A stretch of DNA of 63,902 nucleotides, counting the filler, from Octopus bimaculoides (taxonomy: Eukaryota): assembly GCF_001194135.2 (NCBI RefSeq). It is 5 parts of 5 records of this genome, joined end to end, with 100 filler letters (N's around TTAATTAATTAA, not from the genome) between each part and the next. Parts side by side here need not be neighbours in the genome. Positions count along the whole stretch, not along the records: positions 28,299 to 44,333 come from NC_068983.1; positions 44,434 to 51,543 come from NC_068984.1; positions 51,644 to 62,761 come from NC_068982.1; 2 more parts are not named here. One strand, given 5' to 3'. Positions 40,216 to 52,609 of this stretch are shown piece by piece (the first letter of the stretch is position 1; each line of letters starts with the position of its first letter). The translations under genes and the position numbers were made by a program. The notes under the pieces were generated by a model, which saw nothing but the letters and a program-made list of their open reading frames with translations, did not search any database and had not been told where the DNA came from.

Positions 40216-40712
40216 TGTATATATATTCTACCTGCAATAATACACATACACTATCTGCGTGTATTATTAATTATTCATTATTTAAGTCCTTATTGACTGT
40301 ATTTGATCTTTGTCGCTACCTGAGAGCAGAAAGTACAAACAAGGAAACCGTAGTAGCGTCTCTTGCCGAAGGAAAGCAGAATGAAATGATAATTAACGTC
40401 TAATTAATTACCCACTTCCAACACCATCATCTCCCATCTACAACTATGGTTAATAAAACTTCTCTTTCTTTTATGAAACGTAATTGGGAAGAAAGTTAAA
40501 TTAGTGCTTTGATAAAGTTTTGGTTTGATTGTCATTATGACTTTGAAACATATGAACAACAAAATCTTTGAAAAGCTTACACCCCATGTTTTAAAATAAA
40601 ACTACCAAGCAAGTTGAAAATAAAGTTTAAAGTTTCTCAAAGAAATTAGAAATTGTGCTGGTTAATAAGTACAGATCATTACATGTACCCATTTCATTTG
40701 ATTTCACTTCAG

Positions 40713-40728
40713 TTTGGTTCGCAGCAGC
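40713..40728 (+). CDS. Candidate 16-nt micro-exon 5 of nested gene (FGSQQ)
   Basis: atttcacttcag| and |gtgagt; phase 0 to 1; followed by a 71-nt intron. Confidence 0.5.
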
Positions 40729-40799
40729 GTGAGTAGCAACACCTACTACGACCCCGTTCCATGTAACCCCATTCTGCATTTTATGATTTGCTTTAACAG

Positions 40800-40897
40800 G
40801 TCGATATTCAGCCAAAGATACTAAGATAGCCTCGTTGTGGAAAAAGTCGTGGCTTGTTGCTGCTGAAGCGCCTAAATATCAGAATCTTTTTGTCTGA
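40800..40897 (+). CDS. Candidate last coding exon of nested gene (RYSAKDTKIASLWKKSWLVAAEAPKYQNLFV*)
   Basis: tttgctttaacag|; phase 1 gives the longest open frame (31 aa, then TGA 40895-40897). Confidence 0.5.
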
Positions 40898-41902
40898 ATC
40901 TTCTACTTCCCGTTAAGACCTGCCTGCTCCTACAGAAAAAATTCCCACTCCTCAAAAGCAAATACTAATATCATACTGAAGTCTGTAAGTTTCTTTATTG
41001 CTCCCGACTGTGTACCGAAGACCTATGATGGAAATTTGTTCAGACTACATAATGAGAAAAGACTGTCTTCACTTTTACTCCGACCGCAGAGATCATAAAA
41101 CATAAATGCTCAAAGGGAAACAGTTTTTCTTTCTTTTATTCGAATCTGTAGCAGAACTTATTTTCCTTAAGAATCTCTCTCAACCAGGAATATAACAGTA
41201 AAGATGTCTGTGATAAAAAAACAAAGAAACAAACAAACAAAGAAGCAAAAAACAGTTATATAGCTATTTAAAAGTCGAGAAAAATCTCCAGAAATATATG
41301 TATATCACACCTAATATCGATCCCTGAAGTTCATGACAAAGCCATCTCATCAAAGTACACGTAAAGGAACAAAAAATGAATAGTTTCACGGAAGAACAAT
41401 CAAATAAATGAGTTATTATTATTATCTTTTTGGTTTACGTATAAAGCAAGAAAGCTGGATCTAGCCTTCAAATCTAACGGTCTACCAACATGACACTCGT
41501 GACCCAACTCCTTAACAATCAAAGTATCACCTATGAATCCTTGGGTTAGCACAAAGACAAAACAACTAAATTAGTTTCCATACTTCTACTGAATACTTTA
41601 GAAGGAATCAGTTTATTCCTCAATGGACAAAAATGGAAGATTCTGTACAAAAGAAGTTGAATCACTGAAAAGCCATACTTCATCCTATCCTTCATCCTAA
41701 ACAGAGACTCATTTCGTTTCACCAAACTGGGTGTTGTAGTTAAATCATGAAAGAGTATACTTGGCCTCAGATTCTGTTTGTAAGTATACACACGCATATA
41801 TATATATATAAGCTTACACACATAAATACATATACATACATACATACATACATGCATGCATACATACATACATACACACACACATACTTACATATGTGTT
41901 TG

Positions 41903-42770
41903 CAATCCAGGTACAGGAAATATCAACCAAGTACCTGATGCACAAAAGGGATAAAGAATTAGGAAAAGCCGTAAAGTGTGACAACCGATGCAGTCTGTGG
42001 AGTTCACACTGAAGATATCACCCACATCATAAGCAGTTGTCCGAAAATGTCATCACGGTATTATCTGCCGATGAGACATGACGTTGTGTCTAGGACACTC
42101 TGCAATGAAATCCGCCGGAAAGATAATCCCGAGGACAAAGAACTAAAAACCCACGCATATTAAAAAGGACTACTGGTGGAATGCCACAGTGAAGACCTCA
42201 ATAAAATGTAAGCACAACAGACCTGATATAAGGATTTGGGATAGAGAAGCAGAACTGCACAGTTGTGGAAATTAGCTGCCCAGTGGATGCTAACATAAAG
42301 CTGAAGATCAGTGAAAAAGAGAACACCTATGCTGAACTATTGAGAAATCTGCAGTTACTCCATCCAGATTACAAGTTCAGGTTTATACCTGTAATTATTG
42401 GGGCCCTGGGATATGTAATAGACCACCCGAATACCAATCTTGAGAAATCAAGCTTCTCAAAATCAGAAAGAAGAAAGCTAATTCGAAGACTACAGATCCA
42501 TTTCATCACTGGAAAACTTTCCAGAAGTTTATCATTTAAATATATATGAGCATGTCTAGATATGTAAGTATATGCATGAGAATACATACATAAAACATAC
42601 AAATCTGCACATACATGCATACATATATGCATACATACATACATACATATATACATACATACCCTGTTGTTGATGTTGAAATTCCAATGAAGGAACTTTG
42701 GATCTAGGTTAGGAACCGTTCTTTCTCTATTGGCAAGAAATCTTGAAATGAACTGAATAATGACATACAA
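41903..42770 (+). mobile_element. R4/Dong-like (RLE-type) non-LTR retrotransposon 3' end
   Basis: Zinc knuckle remnant CG..TEDITHIISSC, RHD motif, RPDI...EISCP.D...K...K..Y restriction-like endonuclease, PVIIGALG; frameshifted. Confidence 0.85.
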
Positions 42771-43403
42771 AAGGAACGTTTTGTTAAAATGAAATGCATT
42801 TCGTGCCACATCAAAAATTCTATGCAAGATATAATCTCGCTGCACCATAATTGCAGACCTCAAGCCGAATTCACTTAAGCTACGACCAAGGTAAATTCTT
42901 TACATATTTCCTTATCGTTAAAAATAAATTCGACACGGAGTATATTATTTTCCACCTATTCTAAGCACAAGGTTCAAAATTTTGGGGGAGGGGGCCCAGT
43001 CGATTAAATTGAACCAGTACACAACTGATACTTAATTACTTAATTTATCGATCCTGAAATGCAAAGTCGACCTCGGTGGAATTTGAACTCAGAACGTAAA
43101 GACAGACGATATCCTACTAAGCATTTCGACTGGTGTGCTAACGTTTCTGCCACCTCGCCGCCTTTCGCTACTGTGTATATTGACACAGGTAAATTTATGT
43201 GTGTGTGTGTGTGTNNNNNNNNNNNNNNNNNNNNNNNNNNNNNNNNNNNNNNNNNNNNNNNNNNNNNNNNNNNNNNNNNNNNNNNNNNNNNNNNNNNNNN
43301 NNNNNNNNNNNNNNNNNNNNNNNNNNNNNNNNNNNNNNNNNNNNNNNNNNNNNNNGTGCGTGTGTGTATCTGCACGTGCGTTCGTGTGGACGTATATATA
43401 TAC

Positions 43404-43441
<38 letters not shown>

Positions 43442-43446
43442 ACGAA

Positions 43447-43737
43447 GGCGCATGGCTTAGTAGTTAGGGTATTCGAATCACGATCGTGGGTTCGATTCCC
43501 GGCGGCGCGTTGTGTCCTTGAGCAACACACTTTACTTCATGTTGCTCCAGTTCACTCAGCTGCCAAAAACGTGTAGTATCTGTAATTGAAAAGGGTCAGC
43601 TTTGTCAGATTCTTTGTCACGTTGAATCTCCCTGAGAAGAACATTAACGTTACGCGTGTCTGTGGAGTGCTCAGCCACTTTCAGGTTAATTTCATGAGCA
43701 GACTGTTCCGTTGATCGGATCAGCTGGAACCCTCGTC
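43447..43737 (+). mobile_element. SINE family E (tRNA head, CORE-like body, tail shared with family D)
   Basis: A-box tggcttagtagtt, B-box gggttcgattcc, tgtgtccttgagcaac; 3' part matches 50040-50170. Confidence 0.85.
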
Positions 43738-44295
43738 AATGTAGGTGTGTTTATGTCCATGTAACTTAGCGTTTCGCAAAAGACACCGATAGAATAAGTA
43801 CTAAACTTAACGAATAATTCATAGAGTTGATTTGTTTGACTAAAACCCTTCAAGGCGGTGCTTCAGCATGGCCTCAGTCCAATGACTTAAACAAGTAAAA
43901 ATATAAAAAAATAAAAGAATAAAAAGAATATATATATGCTCACTTGTGGGGCCTGTAGTTTCCCGTCAATTAGTTATCAACAGACACTCTGCATTGAGAG
44001 CTATTGTGCATATAAATGAATTTATAGCTATCAAATCAGTCGCCTAATATCTTCGGAACCGCGAAGCACTGAAGAACGATTCACAAGAGCCTGCTTTGAA
44101 TAAATATAATCAAACTCCCTATATCACACACATACATAATTTCAGATATGTATTCACACACTAACTCACACACACGCACGTACACTCACAAACGCTCTTA
44201 AACGCACCCACATACACACTCATCTATAAAAATCAATCTCAAGTACGTGTTTACAATTACTCCAACAAATCATCCCACACACATACAGACATCTA

Positions 44296-44333
<38 letters not shown>

Positions 44334-45309
44334 NNNNNNNNNNNNNNNNNNNNNNNNNNNNNNNNNNNNNNNNNNNNTTAATTAATTAANNNNNNNNNNN
44401 NNNNNNNNNNNNNNNNNNNNNNNNNNNNNNNNNATATATATATAGTTGATATTTGTTGAAAGACAAGAGACGTAGACAGGTGTATGAACAACAAGCAGGT
44501 GTATTAGCTTGACGCTCTGGAAGGGAGAAAGTCTTTTACGTTTCGAGCCTACGCTCTTCAACAGAAAGGAATAAGAGAAAATAAACAGAGAGAATGAAAA
44601 GACTTGTGGATTTAGCGACCAAACATGACGACTGGGTGGGAAAAAAAGGATTGACAGGAGAGGTAGAAAGAAGGGGAGATAATAAAGCATTGGTGATCTC
44701 AAAACCAAGGTGCGTGTGCGTGTGTATATGTGAGAATGTATGTATGTGTGGATGTGTGCGTCTGTAATATATGGGTGCGTGAATGATGGTGAGTGGATGT
44801 GTAGATGATGGTGTGTGATGTAGGTGCTGGGAAGTGTTTAGTGCTAGTGTGTCGAGTGGTGTGGGGTANNNNNNNNNNNNNNNNNNNNNNNNNNNNNNNN
44901 NNNNNNNNNNNNNNNNNNNNNNNNNNNNNNNNNNNNNNNNNNNNNNNNNNNNNNNNNNNNNNNNNNNNNNNNNNNNNNNNNNNNNNNNNNNNNNNNNNNN
45001 NNNNNNNNNNNNNNNNNNNNNNNNNNNNNNNNNNNNNNNNNNNNNNNNNNNNNNNNNNNNNNNNNNNNNNNNNNNNNNNNNNNNNNNNNNNNNNNNNNNN
45101 NNNNNNNNNNNNNNNNNNNNNNNNNNNNNNNNNNNNNNNNNNNNNNNNNNNNNNNNNNNNNNNNNNNNNNNNNNNNNNNNNNNNNNNNNNNNNNNNNNNN
45201 NNNNNNNNNNNNNNNNNNNNNNNNNNNNNNNNNNNNNNNNNNNNNNNNNNNNNNNNNNNNNNNNNNNNNNNNNNNNNNNNNNNNNNNNNNNNNNNNNNNN
45301 NNNNNNNNN

Positions 45310-45353
<44 letters not shown>

Positions 45354-46425
45354 AGAGAAAGAATAAGAGCCTGAAACAATTTTCACGCAACATGTATTTC
45401 TGTTACTTTATGTTCAACGTTCAAATCCAGCCGTCGTCAATTTTTGTGGGTTTTTTAAAACTTTCAGCCAAATAGAAAGGCAGTGTACATGACCCTTTTC
45501 AGGGTTCGTTGAGATTGACGTTGGGGTGGTGGAGAGGAAAGGGTCTTCAAACTGATGACCTGACCATAATGTACGCAACCTGCTAAAGGTACCGAGGATG
45601 CCACGTGATAATGCTAAACCGAATAATGGATTAAATCTATGAGCCGTGTGGGTCATGGTAGGATTTAAACTCAGAACGCAAGTATCCAATCCGATATTCT
45701 TACGATTCTGCCACTCAATCAACCTGGATCAATACTTTTACTATCGATCTCGTAAAAAATGAAAAGTTAAGATGACCTCGTTGGGATTCGAACTCAGAGC
45801 ACAGAGACCTGGAACAGATGCCGTAATACATTTTATTCGAAGCTCTATCGACTCTGACACTTCGCCACTTTCGGAGTATTTGTCTTTCATTCCTTCGGTC
45901 TACATCCACCCATCCAAATTCTCGGCCCCTTATTCCTGGAAGGGTTTTGTAGACAGGATCCTTACGCTCTTCGTCCATAGGGTCCTATCAGAAGCAACCA
46001 CCATTACACTTTCAGGCTGGATTCCCAAGAATGGTCAACTGAGTTTATGGAGACTATCAAACCATTTCGTTAACCTCATTTCCCTCAAAATTCGAACCTG
46101 GAAACATATGGAAGGCATCGTAGTAAAGAAGCCAACAGTGTGAGCCTTTTGTTGCAGCTAGACCCCTCGCTCTCAGCCCTAACCCCTCCCAGTAACTCTA
46201 TCGATGAATACTACACAACTAGTAAGTATCTAAATTGTAATGGAGTCCTTATAAGGATATTCTGTGTGGGTGTGGGAATTTGGAATAAAATTAATACTGA
46301 GTCATTGTCAGAGATGACTCAGCTCGACGGATTACATCGGACAAAAACAACAAAGATTATGTTTCCCATGGACATGGCTCGTTGCTATTGTTGTTGTAGG
46401 TGATGATGATGATGATGATGATGAC

Positions 46426-46459
<34 letters not shown>

Positions 46460-47671
46460 TAGTCATTATCGTCGCTGCTGTTGCAGCTGTTCTTGTAGTT
46501 ATCGCTATCGTTATTGTTGTTGCTGTTGTTGCTGTTGTTGCACTTGTGGTCGTTATTGTTGTTGTTATTGTTGTTGTTGCAGCTGCTGCTGCTGTTTCAG
46601 TTTCAGTGACAGGAACCAGCTGTTCTGCTCTGAAGCTTTTCTTGACATTATTACAATAAGTCTTACGTCTCCCCTACATTTACCAATTTTGACTCACCTG
46701 CAGTCGAAGACGCCCCTAGCCAACTAAGCAGCCCCTATGTTAACGTTTCTCAGAAAGGGACGAAGGACCTGTGACGACTGAAAAAAATATCTAAAAATGC
46801 AGGTGAGAGACAAAGCGTCACATTTAATAAAACATTAGATTTAAAAATCTAAAACATTTTAAAGTTGTCCAGTCCCAAGGTGAAGAACGAAGAATTATAT
46901 AAGGGGCTTAAATTAATAACCATTAAGAATAATGAAAAGATAATTAGTAGAAAATCTCCTATATTATTTCTAAAAGATGGAATCATTTGTATTTTAATAA
47001 TTTTTTAAAGGATGATTGAAGATGAATTATTGATGGGAAAATTCAAAACCAATCAATTCATGAAAAAGTAGACACTATTGAGTTTCCGCCAAAGAAGAAA
47101 CAGCAAAAATTCCTCTAATATTTTGGTGGAAGTGTCTGTAAGTTTTTGATGGTAGCAATTTTAATCATGAATGTACGAAAACAATTATAAGAAGAGTTAA
47201 CAATAAGCTCAGTTCCTGCACTGAGCTGTACAAAGAAATGATGTACTATAAATATCAAAGAATTTTGGATAAGTTCTTCACTCCTCAAAGTCAGTATTGA
47301 TAATGATGAATTGTAAAATAGAAGATAGTGTTCTTCATCACACACATACACAAACAGCTCAGTACTAAAGGGATACATTCATACAGAACTTAAATGCAAG
47401 TGCAAAGATCTTTCGTATAAATCAACCATTCTCTTGGTTACCACCTGTCGATCAATCATTGTTACAAAACCCGGGAATTATGTTAATTCTCAAAGACTTG
47501 TTGCTTTGTTAACAACCAGCTTGGACTCCGTAAAGAAGAACTGAGATGAACCTCAAAGGAAACTATACACGAATACATACACTGATGTATATAACTAAAT
47601 ATGTGTATGAGAGTATGAGAGCGCGTGTGTATGTGTGCGTTCGTGCGTGCGTGCGTGCGTGCGTGCGTTCG

Positions 47672-47708
<37 letters not shown>

Positions 47709-49214
47709 ATTAGTGTATGTATTAGACTGAGAGCTATTCTCCGAGCTGGCAGAATCTTTAGCACGCCGGGCGAAATGCTAAGCAGCATTTTGTCTATCTA
47801 CGTTGAGTTAAAATTTCGCCGAGGTCGACATTGTCTTTCATCTTTTCGGGGTCGATAAAATAAGTACCAGTTAGTTACTGGAGTCGATGGAATCAACTCA
47901 GTCCCTCCCCGAAATTGGTGGCCTCGAGCCAAAATTTAAAATCATTATTTATCAGCATACCCTTACTTGGGTGTCTTGTTTAAAACGCCTTAAACTGCTG
48001 TAAACGTCCCACAAAAACATCGTGTGTATACGACAAATGCTAAAAGCATCTAATTTCTATTTTCAGTTGACGAAATTCCGTCATTACATACGCAGATCAC
48101 GTGGTTTCACCGTATCGAGAATCATCAGCGGAAGCTGACCAAGTCGAGAGCCAGACAGAAAATCAGTCAAATGGATATAGAACGACACTGGTCAAACGGC
48201 CAGTGGTGTGGCGAAAAGCTGGCAGGCTGTGTACGAAGTTGCTATTAGCAAAAGAAGCAACCTTTATAACGAATATTAATTAGCACATCCAACTTAACAT
48301 GGATGTGCTGTTTAAAACGCCTAAGCCTGCGGTAAACGTCCCGAAAAATCATTTCGTTAGCAGACTAAATCACTATCAACAACACCAACGACAACAACAA
48401 CAACAACAACAACAATACAGTCACTAAAGTGAATTATGATTATTTCTTCTCACACCACCCCCACCACCACCATTCTCTTGGTTACCACCTGTCTATCAAT
48501 CATTGTGTTATTTTCTATGTTCCTCGCACCCAATCACAGCCCACCTTTCACCAGCAGAACATTTATTAAATAATCCAGAGTTGCACTTCAAATGTTTAAC
48601 CCCATTGGCCCAATTCCTTAGGTTAAATTGCTCCATTCTCTCGGCACCATTCATAACCAATTTTCCACGCTAATAATTTGCTCAAGCTTATTTTACTTTT
48701 TTATATTAGATTATAAAAATCTGACGGAGTTTAACAAGGAAGTTAATTGGGTGCATATGTGCAGAGCTTGGCCGTGTGGTTATGAAATTTGTTTCGCAAC
48801 TAGCTAGTTTCGGGTTCGATAACCACTGTGCAACATGTTATATTTTAGTGAGTGTTTTATGAACTAAATTTCAGGTTTACTATATATATATATATATATA
48901 TATATNNNNNNNNNNNNNNNNNNNNNNNNNNNNNNNNNNNNNNNNNNNNNNNNNNNNNNNNNNNNNNNNNNNNNNNNNNNNNNNNNNNNNNNNNNNNNNN
49001 NNNNNNNNNNNNNNNNNNNNNNNNNNNNNNNNNNNNNNNNNNNNNNNNNNNNNNNNNNNNNNNNNNNNNNNNNNNNNNNNNNNNNNNNNNNNNNNNNNNN
49101 NNNNNNNNNNNNNNNNNNNNNNNNNNNNNNNNNNNNNNNNNNNNNNNNNNNNNNNNNNNNNNNNNNNNNNNNNNNNNNNNNNNNNNNNNNNNNNNNNNNN
49201 NNNNNNNNNNNNNN

Positions 49215-49269
<55 letters not shown>

Positions 49270-49706
49270 ATGTATATATATATATGCACATGTAAATACG
49301 CGCACAAACACACACACATACGTCCATATATGTTTCTATATATATATACATGCATATACATATACATATTCAAATCGGAACATACACCACTCACATACAC
49401 ATATGCACATACATACACACACACACACACACACACGCACGCACACATACGCGCGCGCACACATACGCGCGCGCACACACATGATATTAGACTATTGCGT
49501 ATGATTAATGCCACATGGTCGTATGCGTGTGTTTGTGTACATACGCACATTAAACAGATACACACACACACATACATACGTACACTCATACATACATAAA
49601 TGCATACATACCCTAAGTACACAAATATTTGCATATATATATATATATAGATATATATATATATAGAGAGAGAGAGAGATACACCTGCTTAGTCATTCTT
49701 TCTCTC

Positions 49707-49747
<41 letters not shown>

Positions 49748-49814
49748 CACAAACACACATACACACACACACACACATCACATCACATCATACATATATC
49801 CACACCTAAGTGAA

Positions 49815-50195
49815 GGTGCAATGGCCCAGTGGTTAGGGCAGCGGACTCACGGTCATAGGATCGCGGTTTCGATTCCCAGACTGGGCGTTGTGAGTGTTTA
49901 TTGAGCGAAAACCCCTAAAGCTCCACGAGGCTCCGGCAGGAGATGGTGGCGAACCCTTCTGTACTCTTTCACCCCAACTTTCTTCTGTCACTCTTTCTTC
50001 CTGTTTCTGTTGTACCTGTATTTCAAAGGGGCCAGCCTTGTCACACTCTGTGTCACGCTGAATCTCCCCGAGAACTACGTTAAGGGTACACGTATCTGTG
50101 GAGTACTCAGCCATTTGCACGTTAATTTCCCGAGCAGGCTGTTCCGTTGATCGGATCAACTGGAACCCTCAACGTCGTAACCGACGGAGTGCCAC
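49815..50195 (+). mobile_element. Full-length SINE family D
   Basis: A-box tggcccagtgg, B-box ggtttcgattcc; ends gtcgtaaccgacggagtgcca. Confidence 0.9.
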
Positions 50196-51190
50196 GATAC
50201 ACACTTAACCTCACATACATACCACATACACAACCACATTTGCATATGTCCCAAGTTAGTTTTATATACCTGTCTGCACGCATATATACACACAAATATC
50301 AAAGCGCACATACCAACAAATAAATAAGAATATATTATTACTTGAAGCTATGAAGCTGTTCGTGTTGTTTATCAGGGTTAGAAGAGACTGACTAGAGACA
50401 GATTAGCTGCATTCTTTATAAGCTGGAAGTGTTATTAACAAACAATAGCGAAGCTAGGCGTGTCTTCCAACGACGACTTAAATAGTTTGTTACAACCATT
50501 GAAATATTTTACGAGTTTCGCTGATTATTTTCTAAGATGTGTAGCCTCGTGAAATCCAATTCATTTTCTTTGCATTCATCTCGATGGCTTTCAGTTTGCT
50601 TCAGGCTCTCAATGAGAAACAATGCAATGTCTTAGAGGGAAACTACTACAAATAGTAAAGGAAGGAAACGAGGAGGAGTAATTACTGTGATAAAGGGTTT
50701 CCCCCCGAATTATTTAACCCAAACAGCTGCTGCTGCTGCTGCTGGCCTGCAAGATACTTTTGCAGTATTGTGACACTGATAATCTGATATTCATTCATAT
50801 ATTTTCTTTTTATCTTTTTCTTGTTTTAGTCATTGGACAGCGGCCATGCAGGGGCTGCATCTTGAAGGGTTTCAGTCGAACAAATCGACTCCAGTACTAA
50901 TGCAGTCTTTTGGCTTGTTTTTTTTTTTAAAGCCTGGAACTTATTCTATCGGTCACTTTGACCGAACCGCAAAGTTGTGGGGCACATAAACAAACCAACA
51001 CCGGTAGTCAAGCGGTGGTAGGGGATACACACATACTCATATATAAATATATTTAATTACATGTCGATGTTTTCACATGAGTATCTGTCTACACAGTACA
51101 AATGCGCTCCAGAGGCTCTGTATTTTGCGCGAAATGGGCAACAATGTTTATGCCTATAAAACTACCTGCCTAAATAAATGCCATAGTGTG

Positions 51191-51239
<49 letters not shown>

Positions 51240-51644
51240 GTGTGTGTCCCACAGCATACGTGTGTTATCTCCATTTCTACGCGTTCTTATCTCCAATTGT
51301 TAAATTTTTTTCTCTTTATCAAACCTAAAGGTATTTTAACCAACTCTCCACACTACGAAGTCCAGAATGTTTTGACATTACTCCTTCTTCCCCTCTTCAC
51401 TTTCTTTTCAGTTCTCTCCTTCCGCTTCCCCCTCTCCATATCCCTCTCTCACGCTCTCCATATATAAATACATACATTTATATGTATGTGTGTGTGTGCG
51501 TGTGTGTATGTATGCATGTATGTATATATATATATATATATATNNNNNNNNNNNNNNNNNNNNNNNNNNNNNNNNNNNNNNNNNNNNTTAATTAATTAAN
51601 NNNNNNNNNNNNNNNNNNNNNNNNNNNNNNNNNNNNNNNNNNNG

Positions 51645-51900
51645 TGCCTTAGGTATAATAAAAAAAATATTCAGACAAATACATAACAAAAACACCAGGA
51701 CTTACAAATATATATAACATACAGAAAATTGCACTACTGAGCACTGCACACATCCTACGCAAAACACTTTCAATACAGTAAACATAAGAGCATCATAGCA
51801 AAGCACAGCACATACCCAAGGCGCACAGAGCTGCGCTCGGTAGTGAAGTGAAAGCACGTTATAAAAATAAAACTACTGAAACAATAATAATAATAATAAT
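51645..51900 (+). mobile_element. Second RLE-type LINE 3' end with (AAT)n tail
   Basis: ALGII...YITKTPGLTNIYNIQKIALLSTAHILRKTLSIQ* followed by short UTR and (AAT)n. Confidence 0.75.
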
Positions 51901-51904
51901 AATA

Positions 51905-51940
<36 letters not shown>

Positions 51941-52609
51941 TCTTTTATTGGCCACAACGACCCAAGATATAGATGACGGGATGCAACACAGAAAAACAGG
52001 TGAGGTTTACATCGATGAAAGGGAGATACAACAATATTAAATGATATAACAAAGGATATATCACTAGAAATTAGAGAAATAAATAATTAATAAATAAATA
52101 GAATCCTCAAGAGTGGGGCAGTTCACTTACGGTAATTCACACAGAAGACCCGGATTACTCTGCTAACTCCAAGGCATACCACCCCCCAATAATATCATTA
52201 CTAACAACAGTACTGGCAAATACTCTAACAGCAGACCAACAGTGATTAATAATGATTTCAAATTTTGGCACAAGGCCAGCAGTTTCGGGGCACAAGTAAA
52301 TTGATTATACGACCCCAATACTCAGCTGGTACTTATTTCAACGACTCTGAAAGGAAAAGTCGACCTTAGCAGAATTAGAACTCAGACCATGAAGGCGGAT
52401 GAAATACCGCTAAGCATTTCGCCCAGCGTGCTAACGATTCTGCCAGCTCGCTGCCTTAAAGCAGAAATGAAGAATAACGCTAACTTAATAGACCAACACT
52501 AACAGTGACAAATACAAAATAACAGAACTCATAACGTTAGCAGTGATAGCAGTTACTGTAAACAGCACTACCAGCAATAACACAAACATAAGGTAGGAAC
52601 AACGTTATA

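Noticed and set aside
40068-40300. About 95-bp exact duplication around a 10-N gap
   Set aside because: Unmerged contig overlap rather than a biological repeat
49815-49885. tRNA-like sequences with A and B boxes
   Set aside because: SINE heads continuing into repeat bodies, not intact tRNA genes
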